Origin: Lytechinus pictus
Lineage: Eukaryota
DNA length: 64,000 nucleotides
Direction: 5' to 3'
Assembly (NCBI RefSeq): GCF_037042905.1
Contig: NC_087250.1
Span: 10,666,001-10,730,000 of the forward strand
Shown here one piece after another: positions 25,341-38,420 of this stretch. Made by a program: the position numbers and the translations under genes. The number at the start of each line of letters is the position of its first letter. Within the stretch, counting starts at the first letter, position 1. Under the pieces are notes generated by a model that worked only from the letters and a program-made list of their open reading frames with translations, was not told the origin of the DNA and searched no databases.

Positions 25341-26680
25341 CTTTATTCATTTTATTTATTTTCAGTTTTATTTAGTCAGGATGGCCTCATCGGTTAACCA
25401 ACTGCTGTCCTTGAGGGCCCTGATATAAAAATCAATATGTACAATATTAACAAAGAATGAATACATAAATAAAAAAGGCATACCCTAAAACAAGAAATAT
25501 ATAAGAAACATTAATAATACAATCCAATAAACGATCAAAATTGAATTTCAAGAAAAGTTGACTTCGATGTTAAGACAAAGGAAAAGAAAAGGCTAATGGA
25601 AACTGCTGAATACGATTTAACAGGAAAAGGATGGATGACTGGTAACAGAGTAATGTTCAATGAATTGGTAATAATTTGAGTAGAGATTATAATGTTTGTC
25701 AAAATTAATTAGAATATGAAACCATAACTCAATGTTACTCCTCTTGCATTGCAAAGCCTATACATTTCTCATTTGTTAAACGAGGAAAAGAATGAGTTGA
25801 GGGACATAGGCTGGCGTTGATCTTTCCTAAGATTATTCCATTATATGGTCACGATACACTGAAAAGTCCTCTCGCCACTATTATTATGTAGAGGAGCACT
25901 TTTTACCTGAAGGGAGGCAGTGGACATTGATCTAGTTCTCATATCATAATTAGGTTTAATAAACCGTTCACTCAAATATGGGAAATACAATTAACACATT
26001 TAAATACTTCACACATTCGGTGGAAATGCCGTCTGGAAAAGAGATCTTTCCATTTTAGAACAGAAAATAAATCACAAATGTGAGCTCGCGGATGGGCCCC
26101 TAAGATCATCCTTGCCATTCTGTTATACAATTTGGTAAGTCTATCAAGGAGACCGAGAGAAGAATGAGATCAAACTAGGTCACAATAATCAAATTTGGGC
26201 ATGATCAAAGCATTACGGAGTAGTTTGAAAATGTAATGCGGGATATAAGGCTTTGCGGATCGACGTAGAAATCCATTTTTTCTTGAAATCCTTTTAGCAA
26301 TGTGATCTATGTGCCTTTCGTATGACAAATTTTCATCGAGTATGACACCTGGATACTTAAAATTTGGCATTTTCGCCAAAATCTCATTGTCAGTCAACAA
26401 ACGGAACGATTTAGATAACAGTACTGTTGAAAATGTTGAGGTGAACTTAAAAACACCATCATATGAGAAATATATGCGGCTTATGCAGTCCTCCAGATGT
26501 AAACAATTATTATTCTGAATGAACAATCGATACATTTGAAAAAGGCTTCATCTGAATCGAAAGAAATGTTGATACTTCGAGATCTAAATATTGACTATAT
26601 ATTACTATATACGATATCAATGACAGTGTTAACCCTATTAATCTTATTGAAGATCATTTTGCTCTTACTCAAATGATAGA
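25341..26680 (-). mobile_element. Decayed L2/Crack/CR1-group LINE with an inverted 5' segment
   Basis: The minus strand at <=26398 encodes the RT C-terminus (FKYPGVILDENLSYERHI...FDYCDLV) and an A-rich tail. The plus strand at 26400-26680 encodes AP-endonuclease motifs (RNDL, KEMLILRDLNIDY, LTQMI). Confidence 0.7.
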
Positions 26681-26798
26681 CTTATTTATATATTTATTCA
26701 TGTTTTCTTTATAAAAAACAGGATAGTCCCATTCAAGCCAGAGGCCTGCTTTACAAGGGAGCCCTGCTATCATTCACAATTTGAACATTATACAGTCA

Positions 26799-27952
26799 CA
26801 GTGGCGTAACTACGGGGGGGGGGGGGGGCATGGGGGGGGGGGGGCACGTGCCCCCCCCAATCGGCTGGCCAAAAAAAAAAACGGGGAAGAGGAGAAAAAG
26901 AGCGAGAAAGGAAGAGAAACGTAGTGGGAATGAAGAAATTATTGTTCATTATGATGTTATATCATAATTATGTTATGCTATAATACATAAGAAACATTTT
27001 TTCATAACTTTATTTTGCTCAGGCCTAGATGTCTTTATTGTTCCCGGTACTCGCATTGTCTGTTTAACGTTTTTAAGTCAATATACACCAAATATATTTC
27101 CTCGCACTTCGACTTATTATTGTTTTATGTAGTGACATATGGTTCTTGTCATGACTACTCAAAGTAATTGCCCCATTTTAAGGTGGTAATATAAAACATT
27201 TCCTATCCGTGCTTATGTTCGCGCTAGTAGATTGGTGAGATATGTCTGCTCTTCATGAATTCCTAAACATCAGTCCATAAAATGTCCCTTTTTCTGATCT
27301 GAATATCAAAAAATTTCAGCTCGCGCTTCGCGCTCGCATCATTTGGTTAGTGAAATACGTATCGTTTGGTCTTAGTGAATTCTTACAAACAGGCCTTAGA
27401 ATGCCTCTCTTCAGGTCTGAATATCCTAAATTTTCAGCTCGCGCTTCGCGCTCGCAATATTTGATGAGTGAGATGCGTATTATCATGATTACAATGACTA
27501 CAAAAAGTGCTTCATGTGTTTAGATGTAGCAATATCAGCAAGCGCTTTGCACTCGCATTAGATGACTATGGTGAGATATGTATACTCTTATTGGATTCCT
27601 AAAATATAATCCTTAACATGTCCTTGTTTGGGGATCAATATTTACAAAAATTTCAGCTCGCGCTTCGCGCTCGCATAGTTTGAGCAGTGAGAGACAGCGA
27701 GACAGGTATGTATCATGATTACAAAAATTTGCTTATAATGTCCTTTTTTGGTCTGCATATCAAAAAATTTTAGCTCGCGCTTCGCGCTCGCATTATTTGA
27801 GCAGTGAGATACATATCCGTTTTATGGCACTGTCCTTAAAATGTCCCTATTAGGTCAGTATATCTGGCAACTGAGCGCGCTTTGCGCGCTCACTAAGTGA
27901 CTCAAAAATTGTGTTGGTGCCCCCCAATGTCATGACTCACGGTACGCCACTG
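26799..27952. mobile_element. hAT-type non-autonomous element
   Basis: TIR CAGTGGCGTA / TACGCCACTG, perfect 8-bp TSD TACAGTCA, internal repeats of CTCGCGCTTCGCGCTCGCA about 120 bp apart. Confidence 0.85.
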
Positions 27953-29691
27953 TACAGTCACAATTATAACATACACAATTAAAATGCACAATAAAAAAAA
28001 TATATATATACATAACAAACAAATAACAAATAATAACGGGGGGTAAAGCCTATACATAATATGACAAAAACAGTAGAAAATTAATTAGCTTGCTTGGAAT
28101 TTAAGGACGTTTCGTTTAAAGATAGGAAGTGAAGCAGAGCACTTAATGGCTATTGGTAATAAGTTAAACAATTTTGCTGCAATAATAGAGGACGACTGTT
28201 TTTTTATACTCGGTTCTTGGTTTTGCGAGATACAATTGTTGTGTTGAGATAAATCTAGTAGGATAGTGGTTGGGTCTCAGAGGCAATGTTTGCAATAATA
28301 GTCCAGGATAGACGGGGTCGAACTTTTTTTTTTTTTTTTAGATATACATTGTTTTTTATGGTTTCTTGTCAATTCGAGGGTGCTAATTCCGAATCTGAAT
28401 GATGCCACTCGTGTAACCTTGAGCATTTTCTGCAAATTGGCAAAATCCAATATGGCCGCCAAAATATTCAAATTACCCATGAAAATCATAAAATTTTCCA
28501 CACATTGGCTATAAAGTACATGCAATTGTGCTGCCGGAGTGAATTACTATCTGAAAAATTATTTTTTACAAAATATTTATTTTCTTGATATTCAAAATGG
28601 CCGCCATAGACCCCTGTACAATATGAATGGGGAAAATTAATTTTCACAAAAGTGCCAGCTCTGAAATGCAAGTAATAATGATCTATGAGTGAAGTAATCT
28701 CTGAAAACATGAGTGCTAACGATATATATAATTTGTTATGTCATGTATGTGATAAATCTTATATTTTGATATTCAAAATGGCCTCCAAAAGCCCTCACAC
28801 TATTATGTACAATGTGAATGGGGACAAAAAAAAAATTACAAGAGTGAACACTAAAATGCATTTTGTTAAGATATACGAGTGGAATACTGACTAAAATCAT
28901 TATTGTTAACGAAATTTATTATTTAACATACCATGTGATAAATCCTGTATTTTGATATTTAAAATGGCTGCCAAAGGCCCTAAACTTATAATGTACAATG
29001 TGAGAGAGGACAAAAAACAATCACAAGGTGAGCGCTAAAACGCATGTTTTTGTGGTAATTAGTGGAATACTGCCTTAAAATATAATTTTCTACGAAATAT
29101 ATAATTTGGGTTTCAGGTTTGTGTAAAATACTGTATTTTGTCTTTCAAAATGGCCGCAAAAGACATTGACTGTATTATGTACAATCGATGTGGGAAACCA
29201 ACTTTCACAGGAGTCAGCACCATAAAATGCATATAATTGTGATCTAAGAGTAAAGTATTGTCTGAAAACATAATTTCTAACAAGATATATCATTTATTCT
29301 GCCAGGTAGGTGATAAATAATGTATTTTGAAAGTCAAAATGGCCGCTACAGGCCCTAACGGTAGGCCTATTATGTTCGATGTGAATGGGAACATATAATT
29401 TTAACAGAATTTGGCTTTGCTTGACTAGAATGGTGTTGCATAATTTAGTGAAATATCGTCTAAAAATATGATTTCTAATGAAATAGATAATTTCTTATGT
29501 TATTGAGGTGATAAATGCTATATTTTAAAATTCAAAATGGCTGCAATATGCTTTTTTTGTGGAAATTATCGTTCCCCATTCAAATTTTACATATTAAGAT
29601 AAGGGACTATGGCGGCCATTCTCCAATTTCAAAATGCAGCATTCATCACCTTTATGACACAAGCTATGATTATATTTCGTTAGAAATCATT

Positions 29692-32600
29692 GGCCCGTAT
29701 TCTGATAGCTGTTTAACTTAACCCTAGTCTAAGTGTGGTAATAAACTGCCATATTTAAACCTAGGTTTAAGTTTCGTATTCCGATAGCAAGGTTTAAGTT
29801 AACCCTGGTCTAAGTGTGGTAATAAATCATCAAAAAGTTAAACTCCCGCAGGGGGTAGTTTAAGCCTGGTTTAAATCCAACAAATCATAGCCAACAATTT
29901 TTTTAGAATTTATGCCTATATTGCATTTCAAGCTACTTCCTTAGTTTTTAACCGATTCTCATGAAATTTGGAACACACGTTGGTCTCAAGGTAAGGAGGC
30001 GTAAGATTTTTTTTTCTTTTTCGGAAAATTGTGTTGCCATGGTAACAGTACATTATGGGAAAAAATTTGCCGTTTAAAATACTTCATCAGTTTTCTACCA
30101 ATTCTCAAGAAAGTTGGCTCACACATTGGTTTTGAGGTTCATGTAAAGATGTGCAAAAAACATTTTTGCATGTGTCGGAAATTGTGTTGCCATGGTAATG
30201 GTATATTATGGCAAAAATTATGTATAAATCTTGCTGTTCCAACTACTTCATCAATTTTTAACCAATCCTCATGAAATTTGACACAGACATTAGTCTTAAT
30301 GTGAAGATGTGCAAAACATATTCTATGCCTATAGTATATTAAAAAAAATTGCGTTGCCATGGTAACAACATATTAAATAACGAAAATTAGGTGAAAAACT
30401 TGTGGTTTTAAATACTTTATAATATTTAAACCATTTCTCATGATACTTGGCACAGACATAAGTCTTGAGGTGAAGATTTGCAAGACACAATTTTGCATGT
30501 GTCGGAAATCGTGTTGCCATGGTAATGGTATATTATGGCAAAAATTGTGTAAAAATCTTGCAATTCCAACTACTTCCTCAGTTTTAACCAATTCTCATGA
30601 AATGTGGCACAAACATTAGTCTTGATGTGAAGATGCATGTGCAAAACACATTTTATGTCTTTATAAAAATCATGTTGCCATGGTAACAAATCAAATATCA
30701 AAAATTAGATGAAAATCTTGTGATTTGAACTACTTTATCAGTTTCTAACTGGTCAAATCTAAAAAAAAATTGGCACATACATTAATGTTGAGGTGAAGAT
30801 GTCTAAGACATATTTTTGCCTGTATCAGAAATCGTGTTGCCATGGTAACAACATATTATATTACAAAAATAAGGTGAAAATCTTGTAGTTCGAACTCCTT
30901 CATCTTTTTTCAACCAATGCTCATGAAATTTGGCACACAAACTAGTCTTGAGTTGAAGATTTTGTCTGTATCAGAAATCGTGTTGCCAAGGTAATAACAT
31001 ATTATATAATGAAATTAGGTGAAAATCTTGTGGTTTGAACCCCTTTATTAGTTTTCAACCAATTCTTATAAAAGTTGGCTCACACATTGGTTTTGAGGTA
31101 TAGAGATCTGCAAGACATATGTGGGAAAATGTGTTGCCATGGTAACAGCATATCATATCAATAAATGTGTAAACAGCATGATATGGATTGAACTACTTCT
31201 TCATTTTATGACATTGGCCTATATGCTCATGAAATTTAGGTTTTGGGCAAAAATAATCTGCAAGACACATTTTCTCATTTATCAAAATATGTGTTTATAA
31301 ATATGGTAGCTACATACGTCAAAATAAGATTAAGACAATGGACTGGTCAATGCTAACTTTTGTTTGGCTACATAGAGAACTACATGTAGCTGTGGGCTTA
31401 GTTCTATTTTTTTTTTGGGGGGGGGGGGGGGCTATACCTCTACTCTAGATCTCGAACTACAGCCCCTAGCTTTAGATCTAAGCCTAGATCAAGATCATTT
31501 AGTCCTATAAATAATCCAATGCTAGATCCCTAGCCTACTTCCTTTTTCAGCCTTTCAGGCCTAACGTTAGATGAGTAGAGGTAGACTAGATCTATTCTAG
31601 CCTACATTTACTATTTTTAGATCTAGAATCTACATTGAGATAGAGTCTACAAGTCTCTAGATCTAGACCTTATACTATGTTCACCGATATTGATATAGTT
31701 CTAGATCTAGATAGGGTCTAACTTTAGTCTAAGTCATTAAGTCTAGATCTAGGCCTAGGTCAGAGATTTCTAGATCAAACAGTAGACTAGATCAGGCAGT
31801 CCTAACGTTAGGGCTACCGGCTAGGCTAGAATCTAGAATGAATAGAATAAAGCACAGACTAGGCTGCCTAGATCTACATTCTGTTATAAAATATAATCTA
31901 GGCCCTAGACCTAATCTAGGCCCTAGACCTAGTCTAGACTGAGCTGTTGGTATAGGGTTAGGAACTTTAGGCCCGTTTTCTTGTCCTGGAAACCTAGATC
32001 TAAACTAGTCTCCAAAATGTGTAAAATAAAAACTCCTCCAAACAAACAGATGGACCTAGTAAAAGTAACACTACAGTACCTAGTAGTATATTCTAGATCG
32101 TATATGTCTAACTGTTAGACTCTAGCCTAGGACCTAAATTAGACTTTAGGCGTAGTTGGCAAGCAATGCATAGCGATAGATCTAGCACTGTAGACAGGAA
32201 TAATACCGTCGTTTCTGGGGATTAAAAGTTTCTGACATTTACTGTCATATCACATTGGTGACGGAGACCAGGCCAACGTAACGTTAGACTGTCCTAGTCT
32301 TAGGCTAGCGGAACAACCAAAATGCAGTCGGAGACTGAAGCTTTTGCAGTTTTGGTCTAAGTTTAGATCTATTCTAGACCTGGCTACATGTAGATCTAGA
32401 TAGATCTATCCCTGCCTTAATGCTAAGCCAGGCTAAGTCCTGAATGTTCTAGGCCTAGACCAATACTAATATAGGTCTAACGTTAGATCTAGGGCCTAAC
32501 TTAGGCCTATGTAGCTTCAGTCTCGGTTGCTCCACTACGGCACAAGACAGTAGACTAGTTACGTTTTGCTTCAGCCTCTGCTCAACTCAAGTTCAGGAAA

Positions 32601-33280
32601 GTAAAAAGTCAAAGCAATGTTAAATTATCCTCCAAACAGACAGATGTTAGTCGTAGATATTAGGCCTAGGCTAGATCTAGGCCTAATGTTAGACCCAAGA
32701 CTATTCTCAAAAGTTACTCAAGTTTTCCCTTAGGTCTACTTCAACTAAAGTTAGTATAAAGATGTCTAACAAAAAGTTAGAGGAATCTATTCAATTTAGA
32801 TTTTGACAAACAATACTTGAAAAGTAATAAATGGGACTGATACACAAATAACTGTGCAAGTCACTCGGTTTGAGATTGAAATGTTTTAGTAATTAACAAA
32901 TATAAAGATAATTTGAATAAAAAAATCTTACCATATATGGGTGATGAATGTTTTTCTTTCACTACAATAGTTGTAATTAGTTTCCATAAAATCAAAACTT
33001 TTGAGAAAAAACAACTTTAGTGACATTTTTTTAAAACTTTGTTGCAGTCACCCCTGCAGCAGTAATTTACCCAAAAGTTGCTAGTTTTGGTCGAAAGAGG
33101 CTGATTATTTCCCAAAAAAATTAAACCCGGGTTTAACCCAGGTTTAGTTAAACCTGGCTATCAGAATACCAAAATAATTAAACTACACTTAGACCAGTGG
33201 TGAGGTTTAGAGGAGGTTGAGTTAAACCAGGGTTAACTTTAGACTAGGGTTGAATTAAACCTGCTATCAGAATACGGGCC
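29692..33280. mobile_element. Harbinger-like non-autonomous element nested in the foldback
   Basis: Perfect 18-bp TIR GGCCCGTATTCTGATAGC, 3-bp TSD ATT, subterminal GGTTTAA/TTAAACC repeats. Confidence 0.8.
29930..31290 (+). repeat. ~120-bp tandem minisatellite (about 11 diverged units)
   Basis: Recurrent ATGAAATTTGGCACA...GTGAAGATG...GTTGCCATGGTAAC. Confidence 0.8.
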
Positions 33281-35037
33281 ATTAAGTTTAAACCATACTT
33301 TACACTTACGTCAAAATTAAGTATTTTTTATAGTAAAAATTCTGTCAAAATTATCTGTCCCCAGTTACAATGTACATACTACTTTGGGGTCCTATGGCAG
33401 CAATTTTTAATTTCAAAGTAAGGCATTTATCACCTTCTCGACCAATATGTGATGTATTTAGTTAGAAATCATGTTCAAGACATTATTTTACCTGTACATC
33501 ACATAGTTACGTGCGTTTTTGGTTCTCATTCTGGTGAAAATTAGTTTCCCTATACGCATGTTACATAATTTAGTTAGGGCTTGTAGCGGCCATTTTGATA
33601 GTCAATATACAGTATGTATCACCTACATGGGAGAGGAAAGGCTATATTTCATTAAAAAAAACACGTTTTCAAACAATATTTTCCTTATACAACAGAATTA
33701 TATGGATTCATAGTCAGGCAAATCCTAATTCTTTCAAAACTATTTGTCCCCATTTACATTGTAGATAATAGTGCAAGTGGCCAAGGGGCCATTTAGAATT
33801 TCACAATACAGCATTTGTCTCATGCATGACAAAGAAAATGATATGTTTCGCTAGAAAACATGTTTTTAGACAATATTTCACTCGTTGATTACAATTACAT
33901 TCATTTTATTGTTCTTACTCTTGTGAACATTAGTTTCTTCATTCGCTTTGATTATAATACAAATAGGGCCTATGGCAGCCATTTTGAATGTCAAAATGCA
34001 GCATAATTACCGAAATGGCAAGGGAAATGATATGTCTCGTTAGAAATCATTGTTGTCAGACATTTTTACACCAATATTTCGCAATTGTTGGCATTTTATA
34101 GTCAAGCAAATTCAAATGTTGTGAAAACTATTTGTCCCCTTTTATATATTGTACACAGTATATGGGGTCTATGCCAGCCATTTTGAATATCATAATACAG
34201 CATTTATCATATTAGATAGTATACAAATGACATAGTTTTGTTAATAATCATGTTTTCAGACAGCAGTCCACTCGTAGGTCACAATCACATGCACTAATAG
34301 TGCACTTCTTTAAAAATATTTTTCTCCATTCACATTCTACATAATAGAGTATACAGGGGCTTATGACGGCCATTTTGAATATCAATAAAAATCAATATTT
34401 TGTCAAATATCGCTTTTCCAACGAGTATTTCACTTCTGCACAACAACTACATGTACATGCATTTTATGTGTGGGCAATTTTATGATTTACATGGGTAATT
34501 GGCATATTTTGGCGGCCATATTGGATTTTGCAAATTTGCGGAAAATGCTTAAGGTTACAAGAGTGGCATAATGCAGATTCGGAATCAGCACCCTCGAATT
34601 GACAAGAAACCATAAAAACATTGTATATCTAAAAAACAAGGTTCGACCCCTTCTCTATGGGGCCTATCCTGGACTATAAATATCCAGGAGCAAGACTGTT
34701 TAAAGTTTTATACATAAGTACTTTATAATCATAATAATTCACTCTATTTCTAACAGATTGTAATTTCAGAGAGTGCAACATATTCTGAACGTGGGTACCT
34801 CAAATGAGCAACGAGACCTTGATTGTACAAATGGCTGGAACACTGATTGGGTTTAGATTGTTTATAAACGTTGTTGGTCACGAATGCAGACCTGCCAACT
34901 CTTCAGATTTTATTTGGATTGTCCAAATTTCGGACTTTCAAAATGGTCAAATAGTCGCAAGTTCAGATGACCGAAATTTCATGCTAGGGAAAAAAATGGG
35001 TAAGGTGAAATAAATGTACAAGCCCACCTACATAGCA

Positions 35038-35527
35038 CTAAAAACATGAAGTATGAAAGTCGTTTTTCATTGGCCTTAAAGCTGCTAAAGATCCACGAGC
35101 TGGCCCTCGGACCCCTGCAAGGCAATGGTTGTCTACGTTTTGCATTCCCAAAAGCTGGCAGGTACGAAAGTGTTTATTCAGTTCAAAGATATCATTGCTG
35201 TACTTCAACACGTTGAAAGACAGCCGTTCAGTACATGTCGATGTGATCATACACGCCCGATGCCATTAGATGGAGCAGATTTGCATAGCGTGGTTTGGCC
35301 GTGACCATGACAGTTACCTCTTTGAGGGTTCGTCCTGCCAAGATGTCTTCCATGTCTTTACCGTAATTGTGGCCGTTGTAGCCATCGAGGAGTATCGTGA
35401 TTCCACCGGGCATCTTCTTGATCAACTTGCCGATTAGAGTCTCGTCGATTTCTTCCCATCCTACGTGGAATGACAAAATGCTTATATGTATAGATATATG
35501 GATATGATTTAAGGCAGGATTTATTTT

Positions 35528-35564
<37 letters not shown>

Positions 35565-38420
35565 TGCGTCCCAAAAAAAACTATACACTTTTGAAATGGC
35601 TGCCAAATAAAAAGTATATCACTTTGGGGGGAAAGACTTACATACATGGAAGCCTATAAAGTCAACTTTAAAATGACACCAAAAAGTTGGAAAACTTTTC
35701 ATGCTTGAGCGAGCACTGCCCACTAAAACAAAGGGTATGGAAATTAGGGTGGGCAGGAATTAGCCTTCCAATTTCTTTCAGTTTTTGAGATGCGAGTCCC
35801 TTGGAACTTGCAAAGTTGAGGATGTTTTGATAAATCAATGATCAAGCATTATCAATTTAGGTTTTTAGAGCAAATTTTAAGAATTATTAAATTGAAATTT
35901 AATGTATGAGTGAACATGAAATACAATTTTTCACTTTTTAAGTGGATCTCAGCAATGTGTTCATGGAAGTCAGAATATGGATAGGACTTAGGTGGGGGAA
36001 GTAGGTTGACGGGATATGGGTCAACAGAACACTTAACCCCCCCTCTCTCTCTCTACCCCTTTCACCCCTCCTGAGAGACTAGCCTTTGCTAGGGTGAGCA
36101 GGAATTAGCCTTAATTCCATTTTTTTTTTTTGAGGTGAGTCCTTTGGAACTTGCAAAGTTAAGGGTGTTATGCTAAATTACTGATAAATGGAGATCCGTT
36201 TTGGTTTCTTAAGCAAATTTCACGAGTTACTAAATTGAAATGTAATGCATGAGTAAACAGGAATTGTAATTTTAGTGTAGCATTTTTCGTTTATTATGTG
36301 GATCTTAGCAAGTGTGCTTGTGAGAGTCAGAGTAATGTGATGGTACCTGTTACATGCAAGGGGATGAGATAGGGTAAGACTGGGTTAAAGGGGCATTCTT
36401 CTTTGTGTTCTCTTACAAATTACATGTCATGTACTCACCCCGCCCTCCACCCCTTTCTTTCTCTTGGTTGGTATTTAAAACTTAAAATGCCAAGTGACTG
36501 ATGGTTGATGGGTCTTTCTTTTCCATTGAATGATTTATTAAGAACTTGACTAATTATGATAATTTATGAAATCATTTATTGAAAAAGCTGAATGTTTGAT
36601 TGATAATGTATTGAAAAAGGTGAATATTTGATTGATGACATTGATTGAGTTTATTTACTAACAGATTGTTGATTGAATGATTGATAGATAAAAGTTGATG
36701 ATCTAATTTTCAGAATTTATTATCAAATTGACAGTCCGCTTTGCACTTAATGCGTACATGTAATAGCAATCAGTCTCAATCTCAACAGGAGGGGGGAGGG
36801 ACGGACCTGTAGGAGGGAGGCTAAACGTTCTGTTGACCCTTTTCCCATCAGCTTACTTCACACACTGAAGTCATTTCTTACTCCTATTCTCCTGACTCCA
36901 ATGAACACACTGCTGAGACCCACATTGTAAGTTAAAATGCTTCACTAAAGATTGCAATTCATGCTTACTCATGCATGGAATTTCAATTTGATAATTCATG
37001 AAATTTGCTCTAACAATTTAAATTGATAATGAATGACCATCAATTCATCAGAACACCCTCAAGTTTGCAAGTTCCAAGGGACTCGCCTCTCAAAAACTGA
37101 AAGAAACCGAAAGGCTAATTCCTGCCCACCCTAATTTTCATACCCTTTGTTTAAGCGGGTAGTGCTCACTCAAGCATGAATAGTTTTCCAACATTTTGGT
37201 GTAATTTGAAAGATGACTTTATCGGCTTTCCATATGTATAAGTCTTTCCCCCCAAAGTGATATACTTTTTATTTGGCAGCCATTTCAAAAGTGTATAGTT
37301 TTTTTTGGGACGCACTGTATATATATGCTGGTTGTGACTGTTGTAAAACTTTGAGGATAAGTTTGGTGGACAAAATGAAAGCTTAATGAATTGACTGGAT
37401 CTCAAATAATTTTATATTACAATAATTAGATAGGCTTAGTCTATGAAGAAGCAATGGCAGCGTCATCATAATTATACACCCTTCATTGTGCTTTTAGTAC
37501 CCTTTTCTTTTGGAAAATTAACAACTATTGGTAACGTAATTCTGGGACTGATATGACTAAATTGAGTCTTTCGAAATTATCTGAATAGGAAAATATCATC
37601 ACCTCTTTATTTTTACAAGAATACTGTATAGCGTAAAAATATTAAATTAATATATGAATATTCCAGTAAAACCGATGTCTTGAAGATTTACCTGTAACTT
37701 GCATTGGGTAACTAATGTTCATTTAACGTCAACAGAATTTTCGTAGCCAATCGCATTTCGCATGCAGGCGGTGTTTTTTTTTTTACTCAATATCAGAGTA
37801 ATACTGATATAAGGAAACAGTGCAAATCATTTGTAATGAAAGCTCCGCCTGAAGTGTTTTTTTCACTTAAGTCATGAATTTCTTATACGAGTAGGTACTT
37901 AATGTGTAAAGAATTTAAGGCATTTGATTTATCTTCCCATGGTTTAAATTTTAGTACTGAAAAGCAGCATGTATGTTTTGTAATTATATGTATCGAGTGT
38001 ATGTAAGTAATGAGACATTTGCATTACAAATGATTGCAATTATTTTCATACCAGAGAACAGCTGATCCTTGATTGCAGCCTCGATCGTCTGGTTGGGTTT
38101 GATCTCACTGCATGATAACTCGAAGAGGAATTGCATCGCTGAGAGGCGGGAGGATCGGTTCTGCGTCGCCCAGTCATACGCAAGACTGTGACACAGTGAT
38201 GTGCTCTCCCCAGGGCTGTCGTGCGACACGGCGATCCTCCGTAGTTGTTTCCTCTCGAGCTGTGCTGTGAAGATGTCGTGGCGAGAATTCTCGAGTGGAG
38301 ATGGTGAGCTATGGTGTCCGTTCCGACGTCTGAGTAATGGGAAAAAGTCTTTTCCTCGGAGAGAGATGTTATCAAGGAATCTCTTAGGATCCGTGTATCG
38401 ACGTTCCAGTATTCTATTCA
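35038..38420 (-). pseudogene. NACHT-domain (NLR-like) gene remnant with two exons: 38420-38052 and 35460 to ~35040
   Basis: RRIAVSHDSPGESTSLCHSLAYDWA is a degenerate Walker A region, followed by FLFELSC. A phase-1 GT/AG splice joins it to GITILLDGYNG (Walker B) and VTVMVTAKP (sensor 1). A TGA follows at 35230-35228, and an NVLKY-like continuation lies in another frame. Confidence 0.7.
35562..37317. mobile_element. Tc1/mariner-type non-autonomous element in the NACHT intron
   Basis: Termini CAGTGCGTCCCAAAAAAAACTATACAC, inverted arms of several hundred bp, TA TSD adjoining a (TA)n tract. Confidence 0.85.

Larger units (their letters stand above)
28299..34676. mobile_element. Second Academ-type foldback element
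   Basis: Termini TAGTCCAGGATAG / CTATCCTGGACTA, 3-bp TSD TAA. The long imperfect inverted arms are built of ~185-bp subunits with AAAATGGCCGCC, whose orientation flips at about 29570. Confidence 0.85.
26681..34800 (-). mobile_element. Second L2/Crack-group LINE 3' fragment, split into three pieces (26681-26798, 27961-28298, 34677-34800)
   Basis: Removing the 28299-34676 element and one TSD restores MYKTLNSLAPGYL|LQTL...HYPTR...KPRTEYKK...KLFNLLPIAIK...FKRNVLK*, with the stop at 28087-28085. Confidence 0.75.
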
